IMG/VR virus record: IMGVR_UViG_3300025168_000240
Location: 1-37,464 of that record
Reading direction: 5' to 3' (one strand)
DNA from: a virus
Lineage: Duplodnaviria; Caudoviricetes
DNA length: 37,464 nt
Position numbers and translations under genes: made by a program. Each line of letters begins with the position of its first letter. Positions within the stretch are counted from its first letter, which is position 1. Under the pieces are notes generated by a model. The model was not told the DNA's origin. It was given only the letters and a program-made list of their open reading frames with translations, and searched no databases. Positions 36,742 through 37,464 of the stretch are shown piece after piece.

Positions 36742-36938
36742 ATATGATGCCTTTGATTATGTGGTTAATTAATACCATATCATACCTCGAAATAGTATTA
36801 TAGTGTTATATAATATTAATATTTAATACAATTATACTGCAAGTTGTATTATAAAATAATTTAAGGAACGTATTGCAACAGTATGTTATAATATGGTATA
36901 ATAAGGTAAGGACAGCATATTATATAAGGACAATTGAT
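36742..36938. promoter_or_regulatory. divergent promoter/operator region
   Basis: TTGCAA (36873)-N18-TATAAT (36897) with TG extension; second TGnTATAAT at 36884; inverted repeat TAATACAA-N12-TTGTATTA (36824-36851). Confidence 0.6.
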
Positions 36939-37464
36939 ATGAGTACTAATTATAGTAAAGTGTTAAAAATTATTAGAATAGAAAGAGGTATAACTCAAAG
37001 AATTTTAGCTAAAGAACTAAGTCTTTCGCCTGGCTCTATCTATAAATACGAAAACAATGTTATGCGGCCAGGTGCCAATGTCATTGATAGAATAACTTCA
37101 TATTGTAAAGAAAATGAATTAATAGAAGCAACTCGTCTAATTAATGACGCTTCTAGTATTGATTCATGGTCTAAGCAAGATGGGGAAAATAAAGAAGGAG
37201 AACTAACCATGAATCAGCAAAATAGACTAATAGATTATCAAGAAAGCGAGATACAGCAGTTAAAACAAGAAAATCTAGCATTGAAAAAAAATAATAGCAT
37301 GGCGATAGATGGCATGTTGGATACGAGTTATCAATTTTCCATGAATTGTGAATTTGAACTTAGTATATCAACATTATCTGTAAAAATTAAATACACAAAG
37401 GCAATTTCAAATTTTGATTACATAGTTAAAAAGCTAGGTTACAGTAAAGATACTTTAAGTAATG
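36939..37464 (+). CDS. XRE-family HTH regulator (repressor-like), partial
   Basis: Hand-translated, open to window end: LKIIRIERGITQRILAKELSLSPGSIYKYENNVMRP. Confidence 0.85.
   Translation, partial: MSTNYSKVLKIIRIERGITQRILAKELSLSPGSIYKYENNVMRPGANVIDRITSYCKENELIEATRLINDASSIDSWSKQDGENKEGELTMNQQNRLIDYQESEIQQLKQENLALKKNNSMAIDGMLDTSYQFSMNCEFELSISTLSVKIKYTKAISNFDYIVKKLGYSKDTLSN

Noticed and set aside
1-37464. tRNA/rRNA genes, stop-codon reassignment, endolysin, att site
   Set aside because: None recognisable by eye; genes tile densely under the standard code using all three stops. Lysis genes and attP may lie outside the window or be unrecognised.

Overview
Most of an AT-rich tailed-phage genome, probably podovirus-like and possibly temperate. 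A leftward late module (1-27.9 kb) runs terS, terL, portal, scaffold, major capsid, head-tail/nozzle proteins, probable ejection proteins, a 2327-aa polyvalent protein and a 1973-aa repeat tail fibre with an S74 chaperone. A rightward accessory cassette (28.0-32.0 kb) ends in a tyrosine recombinase. A leftward replication/recombination module (32.2-36.7 kb) is followed by a divergent HTH switch. Main observations: (1) three type I hammerhead ribozymes, with covarying stems and a covarying pseudoknot, punctuate the rightward cassette. Each sits at or just after a stop codon and cleaves exactly 37 nt before the next start. (2) The tail-fibre repeats keep a GC-rich 20-bp DNA motif conserved at synonymous sites that looks like a recombinase core site, and the genome encodes an IntDOT-type (Arg-to-Ser) recombinase. 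(3) An AAGGACAG ribosome-binding motif precedes most rightward genes, and its antisense is displayed in a hairpin loop on the leftward transcript. (4) A candidate late-promoter motif occurs three times. All protein calls come from motif recognition by eye; no searches were run.
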